DNA of 64,000 bases from Hypanus sabinus (Eukaryota), in contig NC_082711.1 of assembly GCF_030144855.1 (NCBI RefSeq), forward strand, positions 158,286,001-158,350,000, read 5' to 3'. Under the pieces are notes generated by a model. That model saw nothing but the letters and a program-made list of their open reading frames with translations, had not been told where the DNA came from and ran no database searches. Both the position numbers and the translations under genes were made by a program. Position 1 is the first letter of the stretch, and each line of letters starts with the position of its first letter. Positions 38,482-51,798 of this stretch are shown here, piece by piece.

Positions 38482-39499
38482 GTGAGCGCCGTGCGACTGT
38501 GTCCCGCCTCGGGCTTAACAGCGGCGCCCACTTCTGCCGCTCAGTGTAGCCACGCTGGTCGGCGAGGGCGTCTGGTTTAGCCCGGCCCTGGCAATTTGCC
38601 CCGCGGCGCCCCAGTAGCCACTTGGCAACGTGGTACAGGGGCCTGAAGCCCGGGCTGCAGACCAGGCGCCTTCGAGCTCTGCAGCATGGGGTGTTGAAGG
38701 TGGGGGAAGCCTCAGTAGGGAGTTGGGCTCTGGGGCGAGGATCTAGACCAGCAGTTAGTGGTCCTTCAGGCCTCGCCCTTGCTTCTGTGTGTGGTGGATG
38801 GGTCATTGCGAATTGCAACTGGATATCTTGATCAGGCCCAAGAACATCCTCGGGGTACACACCGACGCCTTTACCGTAGAGGGACCATTTCATTTGGATG
38901 GATAGGTTCGTCCTGGTTTTGCCCTTAGTAAAATACTCGTTATTTGGAGCCTTCTGTGTTACAGGATTAATATTATCCCTCTTGTATGGTTCTGTAGTAT
39001 GATTGGTAGTTTTCTTTGAAATTTTAAACTCTGTAATCTGGACAGCCCAAAACTATTGGAAAGGTTTCATTGAAAAGCAACAGAATTAGATCTAAATGAC
39101 TTTCTCAAACTTGCCACGTGGAATTTCTGCTATCACCTATTTCTGAAATAAATGGAGAAATGCTTCCCCATTAATATTTATAAAGGTTAATTCTGGAATT
39201 TTCAAAAACTTTAAAAAGAAATTCTTAGTACTTGAGCTTTGTTAAAGCCTGGTTTTATTTCCAGTTAAATTAAAGGCTTACTACAAATTATCAACTTGTT
39301 AATTGGAATTTAGTGAAAGATGGTAAATTTCCTTTTGCAGTTGCTAGTTTGTTAGTAATCCAGGTTCACTTTGAATTTGTTAATCAGTTTAAATAATGGT
39401 AATTTTAGTCAATTTATTCAAACGGTCCTTACGGTAAGCATGACTGACTTGAAAGGAAGTGCACGAATGGTACACAAGTTTAGAATTTTGGAAGTTATC

Positions 39500-39570
39500 G
39501 GTGCAAATGATGTTTTAAAGCGATCAAAGGATGATAGTATATGATTATGACTATTTTATACTGATGCACC
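39500..39570 (+). ncRNA. SNORD4: C/D box snoRNA, SNORD4 (Z17) family, RPL23A intron 1
   Basis: Terminal stem GGTGCA...TGCACC, C box ATGATG, D box CTGA, guide AGCGATCAAAG (recalled human SNORD4 has AGCGACCAAAG). Confidence 0.88.
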
Positions 39571-39727
39571 TTGACCTACAAGCATGGGCAATGTAATAGA
39601 ATGTTTCCAGATAACCAAACTAAACTTCTCAACTGCTGCATTAATTTAATCAGAATGCAAGTAAAATGGATTTTACTTAAGAATCTTGTACAAAATGCAG
39701 AAAATGTAATTGAGTTTTTTCTCTCAG

Positions 39728-39908
39728 CTGTCCCTGCCAAGACTGAAGCTAAATCTAAAGCCTTGAAGGCTAAGAAGGCTGTTTTGAAAGGTGTTCACAG
39801 TCACAGGCGGAAGAAAATTAGGACAACACCTACCTTCAGGAGACCAAAGACACTCAGATTGAGAAGGCAACCCAAGTATCCCAGAAAGAGTGCTCCCAGG
39901 AGGAACAA
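39728..39908 (+). CDS. RPL23A: RPL23A exon 2 ([26 protein letters not shown]...KSAPRRN)
   Basis: ctctcag| acceptor and |gtatgt donor; near-identical to vertebrate L23a. Confidence 0.98.
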
Positions 39909-40748
39909 GTATGTCTTTGAACTGTTCCTAATCTTTAAAATGTTTAATTTTTTCTGTATTCCCCCTGCAAGCCAGAGTGAAAGCCATATTTGGACATGGG
40001 GGATAGTAATGTGCTGTGTAGATGGTAGATGGTGAAAATGAATCTTGTATATGATGTGTTCATTCGTTATGTGCAATGTTGTATGATGTGGGCGATCATG
40101 GTCCTTCCATGCCCATGATTGTTCTGGGCAAATTTTCTACTGAAGTGGTTTGCCATTGCCACCTTTTGGGCAGTGTCTTTGCAAGATGGGTGACCCCAGC
40201 CATTGTCAATACTTTTCAGAGATTGCCTGGCATCAGTGGTCGCATAATCAGGACTTGTGATACGCACCAGCTGCTCATACAACCATCCACCACCTGCTCC
40301 CATGTGACCCTGACGTGTGCTTTGATGATAAATTTACCTTAAACTTTGTAAATTATGAACAGAATATTCTGGATCTGTACAATAGCTCAAATGGCTACTT
40401 TAACGATGTTCTTAATGCAAAAGTTGATAAATTAGAAACATGTTGAAAACAGCAGTCTTAATATTTCTGGTCATGACAGCATCAGAACTGGATAAATTTC
40501 AACAAATAAAAAGTAAAGCTATTGGAGGTACTCAGCAGATTGACTACCTCTGTGGTGCCAGGGGATGGGAAAAAGTGCAGCAGACCTGGGCCAGAATCAC
40601 TGACAACTTCCTCTATTCTCTCCCACCCCCAACCTGTTCCAAAGGTTCAAAGGCCCAATTTAATGTCAGAGAAATGTATACAATATACATGCTTCTTCAC
40701 AAACATCCACAGAAACAGAGGAGAGCCCCAGAGAACGAACGACAGTTA

Positions 40749-41240
40749 CAGGTTCCCCCCAGTAACCAAAGTTAGAATGCTCCTATGAAACCGTTTGTAA
40801 GCCGAAAAGTAATGGGAAGAAGCAATTCCCATTATGTGAGGGAAAATTTTTGAGCGTTCCCAGACCCAGAAAGTTACCTACCAAATCATACCAAATAACA
40901 CACAAAATTTAAAATAACAGGAACATATAGTAAAAGCAGAAATGATATTCTAAATATACAGCCTATATAAAGTAGAAATATTGTATGTATGGTGTAGTTT
41001 CACTTATCAGAATAGGGAAGACAGCGAGCCAAAATCGATTTGGAGAAAACATCGGCACATACACGCATGTGCACACAACTGCCTGCACAAGGCTTCATGG
41101 TCATGTAGTCTTCTCGGGGTAAACACACATAAAGCGCGTGTCTTTTTTTAGAAGTGAAAATCCTGTGTTTAGCGAAAACAGGTACTAATGTAGGTGTTTC
41201 AGCTGTCGTAAAGCAAACATTTGAAAAATGGGCCACCTGT
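40749..41240. mobile_element. Tc1/pogo (Tigger-like) MITE in RPL23A intron 2, nested in a LINE-like 3' fragment (about 40640-41820)
   Basis: TA-CAGGT...ACCTG-TA termini. Confidence 0.6.
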
Positions 41241-42296
41241 AAACCCCAAAGGTCCCTCCCCCCAATTGGGCAAAAAAAGCAAGCATCAGTACCACCACCT
41301 AGTACAAGTGTGAGCTAGGCGATAGCAAAGACACCGACTTGCAATTACCCCAAAGACTTCGCATTTCATCCTGCATTCGACAAACCTCTCTCCCTAATAA
41401 GGGAGAGGGAAGTGTCCCCCATTTTCACAGCAAGCGGGGAGATCTGCTGGTTTACAATGTTAAAAGAGTCTGTTTTATCACTTTTTATGAGCTCTGTGCC
41501 TGAAGATTGCAAAGATCTCGGGTCTTCGGGCCCACAGTGAAAGATTCCCCCCTCCCCGCCATGACACACCAGTCTCCTACCGTGACAACGACCCTCGATC
41601 CGCCTGCCTCCAGAGCCCTGAGATCGTATGCTTCCCAATACAAGCGGGACTCAGGCCAAACCCTTGGCATGTGGAATAACGCCCAGTCCTGAAATCCCAT
41701 GAGCGGGTTCCATTCCCACAAAGAACTGAAGTCTGTGTGTAACTCCAGGTCAGGGTCTTCAAAAGAAGCTTGAAAGGGAAAAGTAAAGGTATTAAAGATG
41801 GACATAGAGCTGTTTCTGAAGATGCAAGCCAAGGAGTCGCAGTTTAGCACATCTTAACTTGGCCTCCACATCCAGGTATATATCCAGGTTTAACTTGGTG
41901 AATTCCTCCAACAATTGTTTGCTCCCTTTTCTTGCATCTGCAGACTACTGTGTAACTAGATTTTTTGAAAAGCTGGCTGGCTTCATATTTTCTCAGCCAT
42001 TTGTTAAATGGCATCTTATGAAACATGTTAGTGGAACTTCTTTACTGGGAGGCTTGGTAGAGAGTTCTTAAAGTTCTTGTTGCTCTTCAGATACAGACTG
42101 ATGTTAAAATTTGATAACTTGTTATAGAACTGCATTAAACTTTTTGGCTTCCATGCCATTGGAAAAAGCTGAGGTGTTGGTCCAGTTTAAAAAGAGGTGC
42201 TTTTATCTGGTTTGAACATCATATTAAAATATAGCTGTGCAGTAAGATGTCATGCTTAAATCTTCAATAAACTATTGAGATTCTGGTAAGGTATTT

Positions 42297-42646
<350 letters not shown>

Positions 42647-44194
42647 TGAGCTGCAATTGATTATCAAATCTGTAATATAAAAGCTGTAATATCAAAAATA
42701 TAAAAAGGGATGGGAAATTGTATATTTAGATTCCCTTTGGGTTTCTACATTCAACCAAATTGGGATGCTTCCTAATAACTTAGGTTTTTTTTAGCTTTAC
42801 CATTTAAATATTAATGTCATTGTTGAAAATGTTTCAACTTGTTAATCTTAAATTTGTTACTGGTTTGGCGATGTGTGCAACATTTTATTCTTCAAGCTTT
42901 GTATTTAGATATCCTTACTGGAAATGTATTAAAATATTTGACTTATGTTTTCTGAGAGAATTGAAGTTAGCAGAATTGAATTGAGTCTGATCTGTGGCAT
43001 TTTAATGATCCTTTGACAAAAGAGATTTTACTGGTTTTGTTTGAGGAATAAAAATTGTCGAAGATGTGACAAAACTTGCACAGTTTTTTAAAAATGTGCC
43101 TACTTGAGAAGGAATGCAACTTTTCTTTTACAAAGGAAAATTCTTATGAACAATTGTGTGGTAGTACTCCAAATTGAAGCATGGGGTGTGGGATATTTAT
43201 CCACAACAAATTAGCACACGTGGAAGGCGAATGGTCCTCAATGTTTGTTTAATTTTGGTCATCCAGTGTATCATTTGCTATCAGTATTGGTTTAATTTAG
43301 ATTAATGTTAAAGCTTAAGACGAACTTTGCTTAATTATAAGAAACTGCGTGTATTTGGAAAGTACAGAAATGGGTACTTTGGCCCATTGAGTACATGCTA
43401 ACTATAAGTCACCTGTTTACACTAATCTCATTTTTTCCTCAGTTGTCCTGATTTTAACATCTGCCTGTATATGAAGTGTGATTTACAGTAGCAAATTGGC
43501 CTTTCATTATGCTTTGGGATGTGGTAGGAATTACGCACTGCCAGGGAATCTAGTCAGTCACAGAAAAATTCTACCCAGATTATGGTTAAACTTGGTTGCT
43601 GAAGCTGTGAGGTAGCTCAATTAGCTGAAGCATTCCTGCCAGCATTTATTTTTATTTAGAGTTACAGTGTGGACTAGGCCTTCCTGACCCTTCAAGCGAC
43701 GCCACCCCGGTAGCTCCTAATTAATCCAAACCTAAACACGAGATAATTTACTGTGACTAATTAACCTACCCAGTACGCCTTTGGACTGTGGGAGGAAGCT
43801 GAAGCACCCTGGGGAAAAAAATCCACACATTCATGGGGAGGATATGCAGACTCCTTACAGAAGGTGCTGGAGTTGAACTCTGAACTCCAGAACACCCCGG
43901 GCTATAACGTTATGCTAACTTCTACGTTACCATGGTCTAATGCCATATGAGGACAAAGGGATAACGGTTTAATTATCAGATGAGATTTTGCAGGCTGAAT
44001 GGGTAAAAGAGGACATTGATTTTGAATATGCCTTCTAGAAGTAAATTGGATTTTTGTTATTGAAGACATCGGCAGGTGACTTTTGTGGAGATATAAAGTG
44101 ACATAGAGTTTGGTTTTCTCGAAGAGTAGTGTGAAGGCATAAGTTTGGTCAACTTTGTACTTTTGTTAGGGTGATGATTATAGATTTTGTTCAT

Positions 44195-44267
44195 TGTGCA
44201 AAATGATGGAAACTTGTTTCACCTGATTAACATGAAGAGGTTGATTCAAAGGAACCGCTGATGCACA
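44195..44267 (+). ncRNA. SNORD42: C/D box snoRNA, SNORD42 (U42) family, RPL23A intron 3
   Basis: Stem TGTGCA...TGCACA, C box ATGATG, guide TCAAAGGAACC just before the CTGA D box; about 66 nt upstream of the 3' splice site. Confidence 0.9.
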
Positions 44268-44271
44268 TTGA

Positions 44272-44544
<273 letters not shown>

Positions 44545-44947
44545 TAAAATATGACACCATGAATTATAGGAGATGAAAGATCTTTGTTTTGGGTTCAACA
44601 GCAATCGCTGGCTCTCATAGGAACAGGATCACTTTGGATCATTTCAATTCCCCAAATATGTATGGCTGCCCATAATAACATGATCTAAGAAAATTTTCTC
44701 TGGCATAGTTTTCCCTTGTGCACTAGTACACTGGTTTTAGATGTCTCTTAGATCTGGCTGTTAAGACTTGCTAGCTTAAAATGGTGGGTTTGAGGATTTG
44801 CTTTGTATTTGCTGTTTTAAGTACTAAGAACCAGAATCGCAAGTTGTTTTGTTCTTTAATGATGGTTATGCATCTACATTGTGAAAGTGTATTGTGTAAA
44901 CTTGATGTTATGTGTTTTCATTCACTTGCATCCTTTTTTTGTTGCAG

Positions 44948-44962
44948 ATTGGCATCATCTGA
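44948..44962 (+). CDS. RPL23A: RPL23A exon 5 (IGII*); total CDS 468 nt / 155 aa
   Basis: ttgcag|ATTGGCATCATCTGA; canonical L23a C-terminus. Confidence 0.96.
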   Translation: MGII

Positions 44963-44994
44963 TATGTTTACAAGAAGACCTTTATAAATATTGC

Positions 44995-45000
44995 AATAAA
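44995..45000 (+). terminator. RPL23A polyadenylation signal
   Basis: AATAAA about 33 nt after the stop codon, followed by a U/GU-rich tract. Confidence 0.75.
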
Positions 45001-45359
45001 AAATTTAAAAGAAAGAATTACTTTCAATTATCTATGTTGTTTGCTTTTCTCTTCAGTTTGTATCAGTCTGACTGACTCATGAAGACTTCATGCCAGTGCA
45101 TGAATGGGGGTACATTTTTTTGGAACTATTGGCTTCAAAATTCTTTGCTTCTGTATGGATGCATTTGAACCTGAGTTGAGCTTTTAGCCTTCCATCTTCT
45201 GTATTACTTCTATTATTTTTGATATATCTGTAGGAGCTATCATCAATGCCATTGTCTCTTCCAACTGTTATGTTCTACCTGGCCTCTTTAATTCTGCTTT
45301 ACTGCATTTGGGGCTTTCAGCACGGGATGTCATGCATTTGCTAACAAGACCATTGTTGG

Positions 45360-45640
45360 AGACACAAGAAAATCTGCAGAAACTGGAATTTCAAAGCAAC
45401 ACACAAAACTTGGAGCTCAGCAGGCCAGGCAGCATTTCTGGAAAAGAGTAACCAGTTGATGTTGCAGGCTGAGACCCTTCATCAGGACTAGAAAGGAGGG
45501 GAGAAGTTAGAATAAGGTGGGGGGGGGCATGGAAGAAGTGCAAGGTGGTATGCGATAGGTGGAACTGGGAGGGTGTGAAGTAAAGGACGAGATGGGGGAA
45601 TCTGTTGGGATAGGACAGATCACGGAAGAAGGGGAGGTGC
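45360..45640 (-). mobile_element. PLE 3' end, degraded hammerhead
   Basis: Shared terminal repeat (gagacccttcatcaggact). Confidence 0.7.
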
Positions 45641-47749
45641 TAAGTGAATTGGTTTAGACTGGCGGAGGGATCATGTGCCAAGTGGATTGGTTCAGAATGG
45701 CAGCTTGAAATTTTAAATCTGCTTTGGAACATTCAAGGCATAATACATTTTGGTACAGAGATCTAAGCAAATATCAATAACTGATGCTGATTAAATTGCA
45801 AGCATGTAATTTATGTCCAAAATTCCTGTGTCCCAAACACAAGTGGAGAAGGCTCTTAGGCCCTTTTGTGGTTTGAATATAACTTGGCCTTGGAAGAAAT
45901 GGATCTTGCTGTGTGGAATAACTGCTTAATTGAGTTGAAGCAAGAGCCTATACCTCATTGTATCTCAATATATAACATTCATGTCACACATTGTGTAACA
46001 TTGTCGTGTGCAAGTATGGTGAAGTATAAGTGCAACAAAATACTTGGAGAAAGCATCACAACCACAGTCAATATTCAGCTATCCCTCCTGACATTCAATG
46101 CTATTACCCTTGTGGAATCGCCCTATCAGTAACTGGAGCAGGACAGAGTAACAGTACAAAAACTGTCCAACATTGACAAGGTTCAAGTCAGGAGCAATGG
46201 GAATACTCTGCTTGGATGAATGCAGCTTCAACCTTCCAAGTTCTTTGTGACAGCTCTTTAGGTACTCCATTCACTCTCTCCACCATTGATGCACTGTAAC
46301 AGCAGTTTCTACCACCTACACCATGCACTGCAACAATTCAACAAGACTCCTTGGCACTTTCTGAGGCCAGCTCAGATTGTTAGTTGCTATCAGCCTTTCT
46401 ACCCATGGATTTTGAGTTGAAAGTAGTACCATGGGGAGAATTTGATCTGATTGCTTCCACTGCCTGGCTTATGCCCTTCCTGATGGCATTCAATAAATGA
46501 TTCTATGCATCTCAGAGAAAGAGTGGGCAACCTTGCCTGACTAGACTGAAAAAAAACATACATTTTGTTAATTTGGACTGCATGACTCTTGCCTTTAATG
46601 TATTCGAATCATTCCTGATTTCCTAACTAAAAACCTATTTTGAAGAGCATTTCTACTACGTATGTATCAGGCTGAAGGTTTTCTCTTGGTCCAACCTAAG
46701 CAGGCAAATCTTTTCCCCAATCCTTAGCATATAGCTAAGCAGCACATGGCTGTTGGAGCAGGGGTCCATAGACCCCCTTGGTAAACGATAAGGGTCCTAC
46801 TGGGTAGGGTACAGGTTTGATTAGGGGGAATTCGTCTATCAACTGCTCATCAGAATGCCAATAGGCATTGGCAGGATTTTATAATCCACAGTCAACAGAG
46901 GGGTGTTCGCAGTTGCTGATGTCCTAACCCTTGTTGATGTATGTGAAGGTGATAATGCCCTGCCTCCTGGATTCAGGCATGCTCCACGCACAATGTATGC
47001 TTCCAGCAGGCCTGGGGACCACAGAACTCAGTTCTTAAGCTATCGCTTACAGTAGTTTTATTAATTTATAGGAAACGGGGTGGAGCTTATAGGCCATAGC
47101 GTACCAGATCAATACACGTCGCAAATTGTTTTGCTTTCCCATAATTCAATAATGGATGGATGCTGCCACTTTATTTCAAAATCCTATTTAAATGAGGTTA
47201 TGCACCTCTTACCTGCTGTGAAGTAAGGAGCGTTGGATGTGGGGTTAGCAGCCCCGTCTTTAAAACCAGGATCTGCGAAGATTCTGAGAGATAATTCCTG
47301 AGAGAATAAAGATCTTCGCATGACGACTTGAATGAATGGTCCGAGACGGACGTCTCTGCCGAGCTGCACCCCAGAAGAGGTCATCGGTTTAACTTAGTAA
47401 TTACTTTTTGCAGCTAAGGAAACCAACACTTTAAATCAAAACTTTTAAATTTGGAGGGCTAGCTAAAGGGTTCACTTCCATCTAGTACGGAACCAGATAG
47501 CAAATGATATCTGGAGTCTAATGAATAATAAGTACGCTGGGGGGGGGGGGGGGAGAGAAAACGAAGAAAGACTTGATTTCCCCCATCACAGTGATTTCAA
47601 CTCACTAAACACCAACCATTTCTCCAAAGGACAGCATAAAATCTGGAACTGCGATTAGGGACTTTTGAATAAAGGAGACAAACTCTGGATTTAAATTACT
47701 AAGTCTCACTTTAACGTCCACAGACTCCAAACCTGGCTTTTACTGTTTG

Positions 47750-47996
47750 TCATGAACTGTTAATTTAAACCGGTATAATGAGCGATCAAGAACTGAAGGC
47801 GGAGGCTCCAGCAGGGACTTCCCCTTCCGGCTGGGGCAGGTTCGGCGTCGTTAGTAATTGGGGCCTGCCAGCTCCATGTGGTGTGGTTGGGCCGGGCCCC
47901 GTAATCTCCGGTGGAGTTTCGGCAGCAGGGAGTGAGTGTTCAGGGGAGGCGGACGTATACAAACGCAGAGGCTCCACGGACATCTTCATTGTAAGT
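47750..47996 (+). promoter_or_regulatory. CpG-rich probable MRM1 promoter and first exon ending at 47990 (att|gtaagt)
   Basis: CpG enrichment, ETS-type CTTCCGG near 47825, consensus donor at 47991. The MRM1 ATG exon starts with an acceptor at 51775. Confidence 0.6.
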
Positions 47997-48254
47997 TGAA
48001 GCATTTTTGACTGCTGACATTCCCCGATTTGCTTCACCACGAACCCCTCCAGCGGAGCATTGCTTCCTTCTCTGCTGTTAATCGATTCAAATCTCAGAGT
48101 CCCTTCACTTGTTGAGGTCCCAGATGTAGATAATCTGTCCCTCTCCATTTCTTACCGTGGGTCAGGACAAATCTATTTACCACAAGAATGCCACAGTTCT
48201 CTTTACCCTGTGCAAATTCATTATAACTGTCATCCAACACGGTTAGTCAAACTC

Positions 48255-48880
48255 GGGAGGGGGACGTGGTGAATTGAAGAGCTGGGAAGTTGATTGGTGA
48301 AAGAGATAAGGGGCTGGAGAAAGGAGAACGTAACAAGGTCGTGGGAGGAGCAAGAGAGGGGAAAGGGAGTGGGGAATAGAGAACAGGGGTGCATTACTGG
48401 AAGTTCCAGAAATCGATGTTCATGCCATCAGTTTGGGGGCTACCCAGACAGAATATAAGGTGTTGCTCTTCCAACCTGAGTGTGGCCTCATCGCAACAGT
48501 GGAGGAGGCCATGGATGGATATTTCAGCAATTAAAATGGGTGGCCACTGGGAGATCCTGCTTTTTCTGGCAGATGGAGAGCAGGTGCTCAGTGAAGCGGG
48601 GTCCCGATCTCCGTCAGGTCTTACCGATATACCGGAGCACTGGATACAATAGATGATCCTAACAGACTCACAGTTGAAGTGTCGCCTCATCTGGAAGGAC
48701 TGTTTGGGGCCCTGAATGGTAGTGAGGGAGGAGATGTAGGGACAAGTGTAGCACTTGTTCTGCTTGCAGGGGTAAATGCCAGGAGGGAGATCAGTGGGGA
48801 GGGAGTGGACATGGGAGTCACAGAGGGAGTGATCCCTGCAGAGTGCACAAAGTGGAGTGAAGGGAAAGATGTGTTTGGAG
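48255..48880 (-). mobile_element. Penelope-like GIY-YIG remnant
   Basis: RRHFNCESVRIIYCIQC...HGLLHCCDEATLRLEEQHLIFCLGS. Confidence 0.8.
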
Positions 48881-48989
48881 GGATATGGTCGAGATGCAGG
48901 CAGATGGGACTAGGCAGAAGATCGTATCAGTGTGGACTAGATAGGCTGAAGGGCATATTTCTCTTTTGTAGTACTCTATGACTGTGAGT

Positions 48990-51640
48990 CTATGACATGA
49001 TAAGTGGAGTTACAGATAGACACAGTGGTGAAGAAGGTTATTGGCATGCTAACCTTAATCATTCAGGGCAATGTGTACAAAAGCTGGGAGGTCACAGTGC
49101 TGTTGTACAGGATGCTGGTGAAGCCACACTTGGAATTTTGTTTGCCTTCCTCTAGGAATGATGCTATTAAACTGGAAAAGTGCAGAAAACGATGCTGTCA
49201 GGACTTGAGGGATTGAGTTATAGGGAGAACGTGGATAGACCTGTAAAAGAGCTGACTTTTAGAGAGGTACACTAAATCACAAGTCTTTACCAGGGTTGAG
49301 GAATCAACAACTAGAGGGCATAGTTTTAAGGTGAGAGAGGAAAGATTTAACAGAAACTTGAGAGGAGATTCCTAGGTGGTACTATTTCAAAGGACCTGTC
49401 CTGGACCCAGCATGTAAGTGCAATTCAGAAGAAAGCACGACAGACAGCAGCTCTTGGGAGCCTGCGGAGATTCAGCATGACATCAAAAACTTTGTCAAAC
49501 TTCTATAGATGTGTATTGACTGTCTGCATCACAGCCTGGTGTAGAAACACCAATACTTTTGAACAGAAAATCCTATAAAGGGTGGTGGATTCGGCCTAGT
49601 ATATCATGGGTAAAACCCTCCCAACCGTTGAGCACATTTACATAAAACACTGTTGGAGGAAAGCAGCATCCTCACCACCCAGGCCATGCTCTTTTCTCAC
49701 TGCTGCCATCAGCCAGAAGGCACAAGAGCCTTAGGACTCACAACAACAGGTTCAAGAACAGTTACTACCCCTCAACTAACGGGCTCTTGAACAAATGGGG
49801 ATAACTACACTCACTTGCTCATCCATTGAGATATTTCCAGAACCAATGATCTCACCTTAAGGACTCTTTACCTTGTTATGACATGTTCACGTTATTTATT
49901 GCTATTTGTTTATATTTGCATTTGCACAGTTTGTTGTCTTCTGTACTTGACTTGGTCTTTCATTGATCCTTTATAGTTATAATTCTACAGACTTGCTGAT
50001 TATGCCCACAAGAAATAACTTTCAAACTTGTACGTAGTTACATGTACTCGGATAATAAAAATCACTTTGAGCTTTTTTTACGCAAGGGTGGCAAGTATGT
50101 GGAGTAAGCTGCCAAAGGAAGTAGTTGAGGCAGGTCCAATAACAAATTTAAAAAACCCTTGTATGGGTACATTGATTGGAAAGGTTTAGGGGATTATGAG
50201 CCAAATGCTGGCAAACAGGTCAAGCTTTGATGGGGTATTTTGGTCGTCATGGACCAGGTGGAGTGAAGGGTCTTTTTCTGTGCTCTTTTTTTTCTGAACT
50301 ACATAATATCCCTTGGAAATGCTTTGTTGTACATACACACTTACTGTACTCCTTTATTCAAAGTTCAAAGTAAATTTTATTATCAAAGTCACCATATACA
50401 ACTCTGAGATTTATTTTCTTGTGGGCATATTCAACAAATCTATAGAATAGTAACTATAACCAAATCAATGAAAGATCACCCAACTAGGGCGTTCAACCAG
50501 AGTGCAGAAGACCATAAACTGTGCAAATGCAAAAAGAAGAAAAAAATATGATAAACCAATAATAAATATCGAGAACATGAGATGAGGAGCCCTTGAAAGT
50601 GAGTCTATTAGTTGTGGAACATTTCAATGATGGGGCAAGTGAAGTTATCCCATTTGGTTCAAGAGTCTGATGGTTGAGGCGTGTTCACTGTTCTTGAACC
50701 AGATGGTGTGAGTCCTGAGGCCCTTTTCGCAACTTCTTCCTGATGGCAGCCTAGAGAAGAGGGCATATCCTGGGTGGTAGGGCTCCCTAATGATGGACGC
50801 TGCTTTCCTCTAACAGTGTTTCATGTAGACCTGTTCAGTAGGTAGGAGGGCTTTACCCATGATGGACTGGGTCGTACCCACTACTATGAATTAAAGGGAC
50901 GTGGGCACTGCAAGCCGAGTCTCATTTAAAAACCCACCCCTAATTGCCTGTGAGAAGGTGAACTGCTGCTGACCTTGAGATGAGACCATACCTACAATGG
51001 CGTTTTACAGAGAGAATTTCAGGATTTTCACCTGGTGAAAAAAATGATGAAGTGTAACGTCAGGATGGCGTGTGGCTTGGAGGACAACTTCCAGGTGATG
51101 GTGCTCCCATGCCTTTTCTGCTACCTTCTAGCTGGTAGAGGGTGCATTTGGAAGGTGCTGGCTAAGCAGTCTTGCAGTGCATCCTGTGAGTGGGTGTGGA
51201 CTACAGTCGCTTTGTGGAGCGGGTGAATGGATTTGGATGGGGTGCCACCTGGGGGTTGCTATGTCCTGTATGATGTGAAGATTCTTGAGTGTTACTGGAC
51301 CTGGGTGAGAGCAGGTCCAGTTATTCAGTTGCACTTGGGACTTGATCCTGGCTTTGATGATTACCTGCTGCAGGATATCTAGCCTTTAACCAGATCTTGC
51401 AGCGGAATTGTGGATTTGGCTGGTTAGTTCAATTTCTGGAATTTAGTGTCGTTTCCAGCATCCCTTTTATACTGTTTGTCCAACATTCAGATGAAATTCT
51501 GTCCTTGTCTAGTGTACAATAGAGTTCACTGAATAGTGATTAGGTATGGTAACTCAGTAAATCACCCTGCTTGACTTGGGTACATTGTGCTGGTATCTTA
51601 TCTACTGGCTTAGATGAGTTGCCTTTGCATGTAACAAAAA
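48990..51640. mobile_element. Cluster of CR1, Rex1-like and older LINE fragments in the MRM1 5' intron
   Basis: LYRMLVKPHLEF and other remnants matching repeats found elsewhere in the window. Confidence 0.65.
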
Positions 51641-51798
51641 TCAAAGTTGGGCCCGTTGGTTGACACAGTCTAGTTCTACATTTAGTGATGCATTTACTTA
51701 CTGGGCTGTCACTATTGCTTCAGCAGTGAGCAATTGTAAATAGTAACTTGACAGAAACAATTTGCTTTTGACAGGTGGAGTTTTTAAAACGGACAAAA

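Noticed and set aside
38148-38893. Long ORFs (133 aa +, 202 aa -) over the RPL23A promoter
   Set aside because: Expected by-product of a stop-poor CpG island; only the 25-nt exon 1 is supported.
39571-40035. 154-aa ORF as full RPL23A
   Set aside because: It is exon 2 plus intronic read-through; the true splice sites are at 39728 and 39908.
44560-44685. H/ACA snoRNA in RPL23A intron 4 (ATAGGA H-like box, ACA at 44678)
   Set aside because: The hairpins are weak by eye, especially the second, and I recognise no family. It would need snoGPS/Rfam support.
47538-47553. Poly-G run as a functional G-quadruplex
   Set aside because: Similar homopolymer runs occur at about 1241, 55781 and 57490 with no consistent context.
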